Virus record (IMG/VR): IMGVR_UViG_3300009702_000016
Location: 64,001 to 128,000 of that record
DNA from: a virus
Strand: one strand, 5' to 3'
Length of the DNA: 64,000 nucleotides
The notes beneath the pieces are model-generated. The model made no database searches and was not told where the DNA came from. It saw only the letters and a program-made list of their open reading frames with translations. Position numbers and translations under genes: made by a program. This document shows, piece by piece, positions 35,784-45,800 of the stretch; within the stretch, counting starts at the first letter, position 1, and each line of letters opens with the position of its first letter.

Positions 35784-35791
35784 AGACGCTC

Positions 35792-36088
35792 ATGCAAAGT
35801 ACTGTCACAGCCTTATTGACTTATGGACCTCTCGGTATCTTTTGTGCCGTTCTATGGCTTGCTTACCAAAAAGAAAAGTCGGAACACGCGGAAGATGTGG
35901 AGAAGCTGAACGCTAAAATCCAGGACAACTTGGAAAGTCACGCGATGGCAATAGACGAGATACGAGTTTCTCAGAACGTACGGGAGAAGGAAGTATCCGA
36001 TATCCTTAAGAACTATGGACAGAGTGTAATTATAGCAGTCGAGCAGACGCAAGAGCTTTCCGAGCGCTTGTGGGGAATACGAAAATGA
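35792..36088 (+). CDS. Putative holin, BhlA/UviB-like
   Basis: 98 aa; single N-terminal TM LLTYGPLGIFCAVLWLAY followed by a charged coiled coil. Confidence 0.5.
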   Translation: MQSTVTALLTYGPLGIFCAVLWLAYQKEKSEHAEDVEKLNAKIQDNLESHAMAIDEIRVSQNVREKEVSDILKNYGQSVIIAVEQTQELSERLWGIRK

Positions 36089-36519
36089 GCGACCCTGAAT
36101 CTCCTTTAGAGGATAGCCTATACTCCTTCTCTGTCGAGAGGGATAACCGTAATTTAGCAACTGAGCAGGTTCGGAAGATAAATACCGTCTTACGTAGAGT
36201 GCGACGGCTGAACAAGGATTCTCAACGAATGCAACGTGTAGACCCCGGTACTTTGTCCTCCGAACCTAAAGTGGAGGTAAAGGCTTCTTCTATTCCTAAC
36301 GTAGTGGAAATCCTGCCCCCTTCTCTTGCTCGGCCCGTCAGGCGCCCATCCAGAGAGGATGATGCCACAGAGGATTTCCTAATCCCGGAGCCTACTGACT
36401 CCTCCTTTGTTGCTTCCGCCTTTAGAAAAGCGTTTGAGGCACTAGAGAAAGAGGAACTTCAGACAAGAAGAAAGAACGGAGAGGGATCCGCTGTTGTTAA
36501 GACTTGGAAGCTCCTGTGA
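36085..36519 (+). CDS. Hypothetical protein
   Basis: ATGA overlap at 36085. Confidence 0.6.
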   Translation: MSDPESPLEDSLYSFSVERDNRNLATEQVRKINTVLRRVRRLNKDSQRMQRVDPGTLSSEPKVEVKASSIPNVVEILPPSLARPVRRPSREDDATEDFLIPEPTDSSFVASAFRKAFEALEKEELQTRRKNGEGSAVVKTWKLL

Positions 36520-36525
36520 TTCCTA

Positions 36526-37467
36526 ATGACTAGCCCTAAAGAGATAGTTAGCGACCTCCAGAGTAAGCTCGGGGAGTCGTTGTCTTCCGTTATCAAACCT
36601 GGAGGGTCTATAGCGGATCACAACCGAAAAAGAATAATAAAGGCAAATGCCAAATTGCGTAGCTCCCTTATCCCCTATAAGGAAGCACTATCTCTGGTTT
36701 CTCATGTGCGTCCAGAGACGAAAGACGACATTATAAAGGAAATCGCCTATCGAAGGAAGGTACCTCCAAACTACATTGATAAGGCGTACAAGAAGTTTCT
36801 CTGGAAGAATGTTCTTGATCGTATTATTCCATGGTCACGAGCCAAGAACAGGTCAAATGCTGTCATTAAGGAGAAGTCTCAGGGCTCGCTTCTTATATTC
36901 AAGATACTGTTCTCTCTGACGACAAGCGCTGTTTCCCGCCTGTTAGACGACTATCCTTCTGCTGCTGCCAAGGAGGAGGAAGAGCCCAGTTCCAAGTCTG
37001 CCTATGAGGATGATGACCTAGAGAAGAAGGTACATGGGATCGAAAAGGACATCGGTATGCATGGCTCTAAGAGCCCAAAAGAGGCTTCTGTTGAGGATTT
37101 TTCCTCCTATGTCTCAAAACACAAATCCGATCTTTCTAACCCTGCTGACCTGCTAGAGAAGTACAACAAAGTGATTGCGAATACGCTACGCTTTGCTTCC
37201 CCAGAAGCCTTTAGCGTGATCTATCGGTCTTCCCTCCGTGCGAATACGTTGGCTCTGGTCTTGGCTGAAACGGCAGTAGACGCGAAAAAGGAGTCAGATC
37301 CTGTTGTATTTGTGGCGTGCACTGCTATCTATCGAACGCTTCAGGTTTCTGGGTCTATCGTGAAGGAGTCCGTTCCCCTTAATAGGAAGCAGAGGAAGGA
37401 GCTTAAGGAAGAGTTTAAGATGATTGAGGAAAATACCAACTTACTAGAGAAGGCAAATGACAACTAA
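36526..37467 (+). CDS. Basic/charged hypothetical protein
   Basis: 313 aa, Lys-rich. Confidence 0.7.
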   Translation: MTSPKEIVSDLQSKLGESLSSVIKPGGSIADHNRKRIIKANAKLRSSLIPYKEALSLVSHVRPETKDDIIKEIAYRRKVPPNYIDKAYKKFLWKNVLDRIIPWSRAKNRSNAVIKEKSQGSLLIFKILFSLTTSAVSRLLDDYPSAAAKEEEEPSSKSAYEDDDLEKKVHGIEKDIGMHGSKSPKEASVEDFSSYVSKHKSDLSNPADLLEKYNKVIANTLRFASPEAFSVIYRSSLRANTLALVLAETAVDAKKESDPVVFVACTAIYRTLQVSGSIVKESVPLNRKQRKELKEEFKMIEENTNLLEKANDN

Positions 37468-38575
37468 GCACATGAGCCATGTAGTTACCACGGGTCCTGC
37501 CGTTCAGGCTCAGGTTTTATACCATTGGCTGACTTACGTAAACTCTTTTATCGTGGTAGAGGCGCACGGCGCAAATTGGACCTCTACGGACTTCTCCGGT
37601 TCTACGGGAGCAATCAATAGCTTGACTCCTTTGTCTTTCTATGACGCGAATCCTGTCTTTGACGCCACTTTCGTCGGAAAGTACATCGCAATAAAGGACG
37701 GGACAAATCCTAGGAACAGCACAGTCGCCAAGATTGCTAACTTTGTGTCCGCCACTGAAATCGTGTTAGAGACGGCCTCTCTGTTTGATACGGATTCGTC
37801 TGACCTTTCCTACGTTGTGTTTGATACGGTTGCTTCCCCTATCTCTACCGGTGATTTCCTGGTACTTCAGACCCCGATTTCTTCAGGACCTCAGTGGCAG
37901 ATCCGATGTGAGCTTACTGCTACTCCAGAGCTTAAGTGGACCATGGGATTTCTTGGAGGCTGGAACGTTGGAACAAGTACGTGGGACCTTCCACAGGTCT
38001 CTTCTGACTTTTTCTCCTCCCCTACTACCTACTATACCTATTGTGTAGCCGATGATGCTGCGGGCTACTTCTACATGTGGACAGACTCGACAAATGTCGG
38101 ATCTTTGGCACCTAAGAACGCAATGTGGGCTGGGAATCTCAGTCCTTTTCACTCTCCGGTTGAGCCCGGAGTTCCAAAGGACTTATCTTACTCCGCCATT
38201 TTTGGTAGCACTACTTCTTTGACTACTGCCAACGTGTCCCGGGATACCTCTGTAGCGAATAACTTCTCCGTGGGAGAGACTGTTGGAGCCTCTGGCTTGG
38301 TAATCCCCTTGTACTTTGCACAGAAGGCTTTACTTTCGTCGGGCGTAGATACGATGTCTCACGCTATTACTACTAACCCAAGATCTGGCCAGATTGATGA
38401 CTACGACGCCATCTGTTTCTCTCCTCCTCCTGACTTAGGTTGGCGAGGAAGAGTTCTTGGGGTTCGACTTTTGAACGATAACGTAGCAAACCGTACCCCG
38501 ATCAACTCCAATGATACCTACGTTGTTGGCGGTGGGATCGGCGCTTCGTGGAACGGTAAGGCTCCCAATCCGTGA
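37457..38575 (+). CDS. Virion structural protein (paralog of 32603..33652)
   Basis: NPVFDATFVGKYIAI....RNSTVAKI...SATEIVL...WQIRC...GGGIGASWNG. Confidence 0.62.
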   Translation: MTTKHMSHVVTTGPAVQAQVLYHWLTYVNSFIVVEAHGANWTSTDFSGSTGAINSLTPLSFYDANPVFDATFVGKYIAIKDGTNPRNSTVAKIANFVSATEIVLETASLFDTDSSDLSYVVFDTVASPISTGDFLVLQTPISSGPQWQIRCELTATPELKWTMGFLGGWNVGTSTWDLPQVSSDFFSSPTTYYTYCVADDAAGYFYMWTDSTNVGSLAPKNAMWAGNLSPFHSPVEPGVPKDLSYSAIFGSTTSLTTANVSRDTSVANNFSVGETVGASGLVIPLYFAQKALLSSGVDTMSHAITTNPRSGQIDDYDAICFSPPPDLGWRGRVLGVRLLNDNVANRTPINSNDTYVVGGGIGASWNGKAPNP

Positions 38576-38961
38576 CCGATAAACTACCAGAGTTGCAGTT
38601 TCTTTCTAGTTCTTCTCCTTTTAGGGCGGACCCCTCCTCTTTCTCTGCCCTTTTTTCAGTATTCAATCGAGCAAAGAAGGAGCGCGCACGGCAGTTTACA
38701 GCCGCCTCCAACTCGGTTTCGACCATGGTGGACAATCCTCCTTCCTCTTACCTTGGGGGAAAGCTGGACGACTACTTTCGTGACGTGATCTTGGGCTCAG
38801 TTCCCGAGACGTCATGGTATGATGACGTTTTTTGGTGCTGTTTTCTGTGTTTGGCAGCAGGCACTGACATCGAGGAGTGCTATCTAGGAGGACCCCTGCA
38901 CTGTCTTGTGTACGAGGTTTACGATGACTTCGATCCCAGGGACGTAGCCTCCGATGACTAG
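38572..38961 (+). CDS. Hypothetical protein
   Basis: 129 aa with GTGA overlap. Confidence 0.6.
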   Translation: MTDKLPELQFLSSSSPFRADPSSFSALFSVFNRAKKERARQFTAASNSVSTMVDNPPSSYLGGKLDDYFRDVILGSVPETSWYDDVFWCCFLCLAAGTDIEECYLGGPLHCLVYEVYDDFDPRDVASDD

Positions 38962-39517
38962 TTTTTCCTCATCCTTTGGTGCCTCTTCCTCCTATATTGG
39001 GTCTGGAACTGCACTAGACTCCTCGTTTTTCGCGCATTGGCCTCCTGAGGCTGGCTGCATTGGTTTGTCCTTGTCTGGTGTGGGTGGGGGAGTTTCTTCC
39101 ATCAGCGCTGCCGTTACTGACGTCGCTCGTCAGTTCATGGCCAGGTCCATTACAGATGGAACCTCCTTTCAGATCACCCATTATGCAGTAGGAACGTCGG
39201 GGTATGATGTCTCAAATCCGGTATCTGCTCTTCTCGTAGACCCAACTTCTACCTCTTTGATGTCTGAAGTCTACCGGAAGCCTATCGATTTAGTGGAAAC
39301 TGCTACATTGGACGCAACAGCTAAGAGTTTTGTTGCCCGTATCGGTCGAACGGACTTGGCGGCAGGTATAGGTGAGATTGCGCTATTCGCTACGATTCTA
39401 GACAGTCCATTCATATCTGAGATAGGCACGCAGTTTATGTATGCAGTGGCACATCAGCCACTAAACACGAAGACATTGCATCACGTTGTTTCGTATCGGA
39501 TAATTGTGGCGCTGTAA
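38954..39517 (+). CDS. Tail-collar / fibre-attachment-like protein (paralog of 27123..27593)
   Basis: VTDVARQFMARSITDGTSFQITHYAVGTSGYD..NP..AL..DP...EIGTQFMYAVAH.P..TK. Confidence 0.62.
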   Translation: MTSFSSSFGASSSYIGSGTALDSSFFAHWPPEAGCIGLSLSGVGGGVSSISAAVTDVARQFMARSITDGTSFQITHYAVGTSGYDVSNPVSALLVDPTSTSLMSEVYRKPIDLVETATLDATAKSFVARIGRTDLAAGIGEIALFATILDSPFISEIGTQFMYAVAHQPLNTKTLHHVVSYRIIVAL

Positions 39518-39530
39518 CGAGGATAAATTG

Positions 39531-41090
39531 ATGGCCCTGTTCGAAAACTTCAAGAAGCTACTACAGCTAGTGCTGTCTAACTCGCAGACAGTGGGACAGA
39601 ACGCCGTTCTTTCGGATGCCGCCTACTCTCAGGAGTTATCTGACCACATCGAAGCGCTCACCTCTGACCAGAATCTACATCTCAATACAACGAATGTGGA
39701 ATTAGCGTCTGGGCTTCTCGTTTCCGACGCAAACAAGCGAGAGATTCGCTTTGAGCCGAAGGGATCAGGCAAGATTGTCCAGGGTTTCTTAGAGGCTAAC
39801 ATCTCCGACGTTAGGAAGATCTGGCAGCGTTCGGATGACTCCTTAGGCACAGCGACCACAGTTCCTTACGGTACCCTATCAGACGGAAGGCGTTACTACG
39901 TCGCTGATGCGGGATCCGGGGTGCTGTACCTGAACGAATACGGTCAGGTGACAGGCGCCGTTCCCGGATTTGGTGACACTGTGACAGGATATGGTACTCC
40001 TGTCTCCTGCCTAACCTTCGACATCTTAGGAGTGGAGTACGTCGCCGTTCTTGCGGCGGAGCACTACCTGAGAGTCTATCTATCCTCAGACTTTTCCTTG
40101 GTAGCAACCTTTGGTACGCCAAATACCATAGGTTTACCAAACGCCTCACTGTTGGATACGCCTACAGACATGGCTTTTGACGAGGGAACCTCCACCTTGT
40201 ATGTATCCTGCTCAGGTGCTGCGGGTCCCAGCATTCCGGCAGGAGCTACGGGCTCTGGGATCGTGTTTTCTCTTGATCTGTCCTCTCTTCCCGCCATTAC
40301 CTTCGGTTCCTACTTGGCTTTGGACAACGGAGGAGCCCTTACCCAGGGTCAGGTTGTTCTCCCTTCGGGCCTGTTCTTCGACACTTCTGATAATGCGTTG
40401 TGGGTACTAACGGGAGACTCCTCGAATCCTTCTCTTCCCTTTGAGGTTGGTGGACTTAGTGTCACTGGACTCCTAAGTGACGGTTACCTTAAGGGGTACA
40501 TCGAGTTTAGAGGAACTGGGTTTTCTACGGTTGCCGCTTCCAAGATCCATATTGACATTGATAGAAGGCGCTTGTACTTGACGAATAGCCCGAGTGTTGA
40601 AGTGTTCGATCTGGTCACCATGAAGCACTTGTACACCTTTGGTAGGTACGGGAGTGACGAGAGCGCTCTTACTACGTCCGCTGGTGCCTTCTACCCCACC
40701 ACAGGACAGGTGGCCGCCGTTGGTTCTGACATCTTGGCTGTGGATGGCATCACTCTCAACTTTGCTCTGTTCTACGACGCCACAAACAACCGGATTGTTC
40801 GGGTGGGTGAGAGCCTTTACGAGGGGTCAAACGTGGTTTCGTTCTTGGGCGAGACTTTTACTGTTCCTCTCAGCCTTCACGGGTACTTGGTGAAGGGAAC
40901 ATTGTCTTCTGACAGGGTCCAAGTAGAGTATCGAACCTCATCTACTGGAACATGGCAGCTCCTAAGCCAGACCGATAGTGTTCCCTCCTCTACTTACTTC
41001 CAGTTTAGACTGCAGGTTGTGGCCGACCTTTCTGACGTCATTCAGAATCGCTCTATCCAGGAGATTTTGGTTATCGGGGAGCAGGAATAA
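39531..41090 (+). CDS. NHL/beta-propeller-containing virion protein
   Basis: YYVADAG, VATFG, LDTPTDMAFD...LYVS, LPSGLFFD...LWV, LYTFG, DATNNRIVR repeats. Confidence 0.68.
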   Translation: MALFENFKKLLQLVLSNSQTVGQNAVLSDAAYSQELSDHIEALTSDQNLHLNTTNVELASGLLVSDANKREIRFEPKGSGKIVQGFLEANISDVRKIWQRSDDSLGTATTVPYGTLSDGRRYYVADAGSGVLYLNEYGQVTGAVPGFGDTVTGYGTPVSCLTFDILGVEYVAVLAAEHYLRVYLSSDFSLVATFGTPNTIGLPNASLLDTPTDMAFDEGTSTLYVSCSGAAGPSIPAGATGSGIVFSLDLSSLPAITFGSYLALDNGGALTQGQVVLPSGLFFDTSDNALWVLTGDSSNPSLPFEVGGLSVTGLLSDGYLKGYIEFRGTGFSTVAASKIHIDIDRRRLYLTNSPSVEVFDLVTMKHLYTFGRYGSDESALTTSAGAFYPTTGQVAAVGSDILAVDGITLNFALFYDATNNRIVRVGESLYEGSNVVSFLGETFTVPLSLHGYLVKGTLSSDRVQVEYRTSSTGTWQLLSQTDSVPSSTYFQFRLQVVADLSDVIQNRSIQEILVIGEQE

Positions 41091-41350
41091 TGGCTGCTCC
41101 TAGAGGTGCTTCACTCTCTACGATGGTTACAGACACTACAGTCTCCAAGACCGCTGCTGTAGTTCTTGAGACGTTCGATTCCTTATCTGATCCTTGTGCC
41201 TTTCTCCAGGATCAGCTTCTTGACCAGATTCTTTTGGAGCTTGGTGCTCCTTCTGGATCTAGTTTGTCTTGTTCAGTAGACTCCGTATCTATACTGGACA
41301 ATGCTCGTCGGCAATATCGCTGGACAGTGAGCACAACTTGGATGGAGTGA
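41090..41350 (+). CDS. Small hypothetical protein
   Basis: 86 aa with TAATG overlap. Confidence 0.6.
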   Translation: MAAPRGASLSTMVTDTTVSKTAAVVLETFDSLSDPCAFLQDQLLDQILLELGAPSGSSLSCSVDSVSILDNARRQYRWTVSTTWME

Positions 41351-41354
41351 TCTC

Positions 41355-41747
41355 ATGGAAGACTTCTTTAGTATGATCAGTAGCTATGTTCTACCCCACT
41401 GGCCCTTTCTAACTGTTGGTGTAGTTTTCGCTGTCATCGGTCAATTTACGAGTCGTAAGGTGTTCACTCGTGAACGTGCGTATAGGAAGACTGAAAAGAA
41501 GCTCGTCCAGAGCTTTTGGTGGTGGGGAAGAGAAACTCTTTCGCTCCATCCCCTCGTTATAGGCGCTGTAGTCGGTCTCATGTGGCACAATCCAGAGTCC
41601 GCCTCCCCGGCCTGGCCTTTTGCTGCTTCCGTAGCCTATTTTGCGGGTGCAGGTGCCGCTTCTTTGTTCGCTTGGTCCCTTCTTCGTGGGTACCTTAAGA
41701 AAAAGGGAGTGGATCTTACGCTTCCAGGTGACGAATCTGCTGAGTGA
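41355..41747 (+). CDS. Membrane protein with about 3 TM segments, holin candidate
   Basis: Three hydrophobic segments and a basic C-terminus; GGAG RBS. Confidence 0.55.
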   Translation: MEDFFSMISSYVLPHWPFLTVGVVFAVIGQFTSRKVFTRERAYRKTEKKLVQSFWWWGRETLSLHPLVIGAVVGLMWHNPESASPAWPFAASVAYFAGAGAASLFAWSLLRGYLKKKGVDLTLPGDESAE

Positions 41748-42130
41748 TGCTTCTGCTCTCCAAGAAATTAGCGCGTACGGCTGGCCTTGCTTTAGATCGA
41801 GGCCAGCCTGAGCTGTTTAAGCGAATTCGTCGTGCCGCTATTCTTTTAGCTGAGAATGAGAGAGACGACTACTTCGACACGGATTCTGATCTCAACGATA
41901 CTATCAAGCAAGAGAGATCAGAGGAGCCTCCTCCCGAGGAAATACCAGGTACTGAAGATCCTGATGGGCTTGGAGACGAAGAAGAGGAAGACGAAATAGA
42001 CGAAGAGGAAGCGGAAGATAAGAAAGGGGACTACGGAGCGTTTCCAGTAGGAGCTGTTGGAGTTAAGGAGAGGAGAAGAGGACCCCAGCCTTGGGGAGTA
42101 AGTACGAAACCTAAGTGGTGGAAACCATGA
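41747..42130 (+). CDS. Acidic hypothetical protein, possible internal head protein
   Basis: N-terminal KKLARTAGLALDRGQPELFKRIRRAA followed by an acidic disordered region. Confidence 0.55.
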   Translation: MLLLSKKLARTAGLALDRGQPELFKRIRRAAILLAENERDDYFDTDSDLNDTIKQERSEEPPPEEIPGTEDPDGLGDEEEEDEIDEEEAEDKKGDYGAFPVGAVGVKERRRGPQPWGVSTKPKWWKP

Positions 42131-42546
42131 AGTGCCTTCTTTTCATTCTGTCCCTTCTTTTGGTTTCCTCGACCGCTTATGCACAGGAGGAATCCTCGAA
42201 CTCTACTACCTCGGATACTTCCGTTCCCCAGCTTTCTGTTCCACTTCTTCAAGGGACTCCCGCTCCTTTCTCTGGCCTCTTGATTACAGAAGGTCACGCA
42301 ACTCAGTGTATTGAGGATGCTGCGGCTGTTTCTAGGCTCCGGGTAGAGACGTCCGTGAGAACTCGGCAGTTGTCACTTTCTACACACCTTTATGAGGCAT
42401 TCATAGAGGATCAGCGAGAAAGAATAAGAGGATTGATTCAAACGAGTTGGTGGGATCGTAATGGCAATGTATTTATGCTTGGCGTTGGGCTTGTACTTGG
42501 CGTTGTAGGAAGTGCCTTGCTCGTGGGTTTGGCAAACAACAACTAA
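42127..42546 (+). CDS. Exported coiled-coil protein with a C-terminal TM anchor (lysis/spanin-like candidate)
   Basis: Signal peptide MKCLLFILSLLLVSSTAYA|Q, GTPAPFSGLL, coiled coil, WW, then a TM helix. Confidence 0.55.
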   Translation: MKCLLFILSLLLVSSTAYAQEESSNSTTSDTSVPQLSVPLLQGTPAPFSGLLITEGHATQCIEDAAAVSRLRVETSVRTRQLSLSTHLYEAFIEDQRERIRGLIQTSWWDRNGNVFMLGVGLVLGVVGSALLVGLANNN

Positions 42547-42563
42547 GATTTCGAGGTAGGTAG

Positions 42564-42776
42564 ATGGCTGTATTTAGGTACATCGGTAACAATGGGCTCT
42601 ATGACCAGGCAGGGACGTTTTCGGTTTCAGCCTCAGACACTGCAGGAGTGACGCAGACGTATTCCTTCGCTCCTAACGTAGACTTCACCGTAGCTACGGA
42701 TGACGCGATCATTGCTGCCCTAGAATACCATATCGACCCGTTTTCCAAAGAACTTGATTTCCTGAGGATTTCGTAA
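42564..42776 (+). CDS. Small hypothetical virion-region protein
   Basis: 70 aa with GAGGT RBS. Confidence 0.65.
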   Translation: MAVFRYIGNNGLYDQAGTFSVSASDTAGVTQTYSFAPNVDFTVATDDAIIAALEYHIDPFSKELDFLRIS

Positions 42777-43078
42777 TGACCTACCTTTTGTATCATGGGT
42801 CAAGCTTGGCGCTTAAGATTCCTACGAATGATGGCGGGTCTCCCTCTCCAGCATCTGGCGGGTCGCCTGACGTTCAAAACTTTTTGGTGTGGGATAACAT
42901 TCCAGTTGCCGGTGACATTGTTATCGGGCTAGATGAAGTAGCCTACCCCTATGCGTATAACTACGCGATTTCAAAGACTAAAACAGATGGAACTCCGTTG
43001 TGGACGACCACAGCTGGCCCCGCTACCGCTGCTGCTCCCGCACTTCACACTCCTATCATTTCTTCGGCTACTCTCTAG
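42776..43078 (+). CDS. Small hypothetical virion-region protein
   Basis: 100 aa with TAATG overlap. Confidence 0.65.
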   Translation: MTYLLYHGSSLALKIPTNDGGSPSPASGGSPDVQNFLVWDNIPVAGDIVIGLDEVAYPYAYNYAISKTKTDGTPLWTTTAGPATAAAPALHTPIISSATL

Positions 43079-43091
43079 AGGTTAATACACC

Positions 43092-45656
43092 ATGGCAGAC
43101 TTTAGACTAATTGGACAAAACACAGCCAGCTACGGACCTCAGGCCCTAGCTGCTCAGGGTGATACCCTACTTATCAGCGGGATTACTCCTACTACCACCT
43201 TGACTGTTGGTGGCGACTTGCAGGTCAACGGTACCGTAACAACAACGGGGGCTGCTGTTGTTGGAGCAGGTGCTTCCTCTGTTACGGGGGCTATCACCTT
43301 CAATAATGACGTCACCTTTGGTGATGGTACAGGCCCTGACGCGGTTACCTTCGCCAGCGTCTGGGTCGCAGGAACAGGAGTAGATTACTCTAAGGCTTTG
43401 AGCCTGGCTCCGGGTGGAACCGTTTCTGCTACTGGTGCAACCACCACAGGTGTTGACATCCTTATAGCGTCGGGAACTGCGGCTCCCGACGTAACCGCCG
43501 CCAAGGGTTCGTTGCTCTTGAAGAACACGGACGGTACTGCCTGGATTAATACAAATGGTGCTGCTGCATGGTCCCAACTGGCAACGGGTTCAGGTAACAG
43601 CCTGCAGGCTGCTTACACTGTAGGTTCTAGCATTACTACGGACGGCACCAACCTTGTTAGTATTGATGGTTCTGCAGGTGGACCTGCCCTTACTCTTGAC
43701 ATAGGTAACTCTACAGGGGATATCCTTACTGCTCACTCTGGGATATCAAGTACGCCTGTTTTTTCCCTTGGTGGTACGGCTTCTGGGTATTCTCTGGCTC
43801 CTGCGGGCTATGGTCCCTTCAATGTATCTGGTCTGTCCTTGGATATTGCTGCGGGCGCTGCGGGAACCTCGTCAGGAACTGGTGGCGCTCTTTCTTTGTC
43901 CGGTGGTTCTTCCCCCAACTCTGGTATAGGAGGTTCCGTTACGATCACTTCTGGTAGTGGTGTAGGTAACTTTGCTGGTGCCATTGACATCCAGACGGGA
44001 ACAGGAAACTCTTCCGCTATTAGCATTGGTACGACTAACAACGCTACAGTTACCGTGGGATCGGCTTCTAACGCTTCCACCCTCTACCACGCAGAGGTCA
44101 CTAGTTCTCCGGGTAATGCTGTTGTTGCCCTTAATGCGAGCGCTACAGGTGGGTCAAGTACTGCTGTTGGGTCTTATGCCATCGGTGTTGATTCTGGTGA
44201 CCTGTCACACATTGGAGCCATTTCTAATGCCAACTTACAGACAACTCTCATCGCTATTGATAGCACCATTGGTACACTGTCCACCAGCGCCGCTCATACT
44301 TTGCAGAAGGCGTATGACGGGGCAGGTTCGGGAGCAGGTGCCGCGGTAACTCTTGCAAATAGCGCCCCTGTTACTTTCACGCATGCTTCAGGCGCTGGCG
44401 GTGCTTTCTCTATCACTGATGCAGGAACAGGCGGAACTTCCTTCTTACTGAACAACACAGGTGGTTCCAACACGATCCTAGACGTTCAGGACGGTGGAAC
44501 TTCAGTCCTTGCTATCGACAACGCAGGCGCATTCACGGCTACTCCCACCTCGGGGCAGGCAGCCACGATCACTGCCGCTGGTGCGGGTACGATTGATGTA
44601 ACATCCGACACGGGTGCTATTACTGTATCGTCCTCAAGCGCTGCAGCCGCTGGTGCTGTTAGCGTGACTTCGTCCTCAAGTGCGGCAGCCTCTGGTGCTA
44701 TTACTGTATCATCATCAGGTGTCACTTCTTCTGGTAACGTTTTGGTATCCACGGGAACTACTGGTGCCACTGCAACTTCTGGCACGCTTACTCTTAGCTC
44801 CACCGCCTCAGGCAATGGATCCACTTCGGGTGCTGTTTCGATAGCCTCCTCTTCGACTGCGGGTCCTGCAGGTGACGTCAAGCTGTATTCGTCTACTTCT
44901 GGTTTAGGTCAGAGTGGGGGAGATGTATATGTTTACTCGTCAAATAGCAATGGAGGAACTTTGGGTGGTGTTACCCTATCCACGGGAACTCCTTCTCCTG
45001 TAGTTCCCTCTTCTGGTAACATAGAGATACGTTCGAGTGCTGATACGGTTGTAGCGTCCTCAGGCGCCATTACTTCTACTGCCGCAACTGGCATTACCTC
45101 AACTACGTCCCTAGGTAACATTGCTATAACTGCGACTGCTGGCGAGATTACGTTCTCCTCGGCGGGCACTGCTGGACCTACATACAGCCAGACGGGTGAC
45201 CGTTCGTTGTCTGGATTTGATGTGGGCATTACCTCCATTGTTGGTGCCCTTAACGATCTAAAGTCCACAGCTGCTACGGATGCAGCTACGACTACGTTTG
45301 TGATAAAGAATCTCCAAACCATCTCTGCAGGGGATGTGGTGGCATTGGACGGCAGCGGAGCACTTCGTGCCGAAGCCTTAGGCACTATAACTCCTGCTGT
45401 GGTAGGAATTGCCCTCACAGGCGGGTCAGGTAACGGATCAGTTACTACTACTGTGTTGCTCGCTGGTAAGTATACTTACACTGCAGCAATACCTACTGCT
45501 ACTGCTATGGGACAGGCGGTGTACCTGGGCGCGGCGGGTGCGTTGACTACGACTGCTCCTACGGCTTCTGGGGATTACCTAATCCGTATAGGCTACGTCG
45601 GTGACACCCTTAAAAAGGAGCTTGTTATCCGTATGGATTCTGGAACTCTGCTCTGA
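43092..45656 (+). CDS. Gly/Ser/Thr/Ala-rich fibre with C-terminal DUF2190-like domain (possible head fibre)
   Basis: G.(I/V).(I/L).S/G beta repeats, LQAAY/LQKAY motifs, SIVGALNDLK coil, C-terminus like 19488..20174. Confidence 0.65.
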   Translation: MADFRLIGQNTASYGPQALAAQGDTLLISGITPTTTLTVGGDLQVNGTVTTTGAAVVGAGASSVTGAITFNNDVTFGDGTGPDAVTFASVWVAGTGVDYSKALSLAPGGTVSATGATTTGVDILIASGTAAPDVTAAKGSLLLKNTDGTAWINTNGAAAWSQLATGSGNSLQAAYTVGSSITTDGTNLVSIDGSAGGPALTLDIGNSTGDILTAHSGISSTPVFSLGGTASGYSLAPAGYGPFNVSGLSLDIAAGAAGTSSGTGGALSLSGGSSPNSGIGGSVTITSGSGVGNFAGAIDIQTGTGNSSAISIGTTNNATVTVGSASNASTLYHAEVTSSPGNAVVALNASATGGSSTAVGSYAIGVDSGDLSHIGAISNANLQTTLIAIDSTIGTLSTSAAHTLQKAYDGAGSGAGAAVTLANSAPVTFTHASGAGGAFSITDAGTGGTSFLLNNTGGSNTILDVQDGGTSVLAIDNAGAFTATPTSGQAATITAAGAGTIDVTSDTGAITVSSSSAAAAGAVSVTSSSSAAASGAITVSSSGVTSSGNVLVSTGTTGATATSGTLTLSSTASGNGSTSGAVSIASSSTAGPAGDVKLYSSTSGLGQSGGDVYVYSSNSNGGTLGGVTLSTGTPSPVVPSSGNIEIRSSADTVVASSGAITSTAATGITSTTSLGNIAITATAGEITFSSAGTAGPTYSQTGDRSLSGFDVGITSIVGALNDLKSTAATDAATTTFVIKNLQTISAGDVVALDGSGALRAEALGTITPAVVGIALTGGSGNGSVTTTVLLAGKYTYTAAIPTATAMGQAVYLGAAGALTTTAPTASGDYLIRIGYVGDTLKKELVIRMDSGTLL

Positions 45657-45662
45657 TACCGG

Positions 45663-45702
45663 GCAGGATAATGGGTAATAGATTGCCCGTTATCCTGCTT
45701 TT
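45663..45702 (+). terminator. Rho-independent terminator
   Basis: GCAGGATAATGGGTAA-TAGA-TTGCCCGTTATCCTGC (16 bp including 2 G-U pairs) followed by TTTT. Confidence 0.8.
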
Positions 45703-45733
45703 AGGGTCACTATATTGCTCGTTGAGCCCTATG

Positions 45734-45774
45734 AAGAACGAAGCCGAGTAATCTTTTGCTCGGTTTTGTTCTTT
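45734..45774 (+). terminator. Second long hairpin in the same intergenic region
   Basis: AAGAACGAAGCCGAGTAA-TCTT-TTGCTCGGTTTTGTTCTT (18 bp including 3 G-U pairs). Confidence 0.6.
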
Positions 45775-45780
45775 GGCCCC

Positions 45781-45800
45781 TAGACACTTATGTAAAGACC
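45781..45800 (+). promoter_or_regulatory. Candidate regulatory motif (copy 2)
   Basis: TAGACACTTATGTAAAGACC, 7 nt before ATG 45808 and downstream of the hairpins. Confidence 0.4.
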
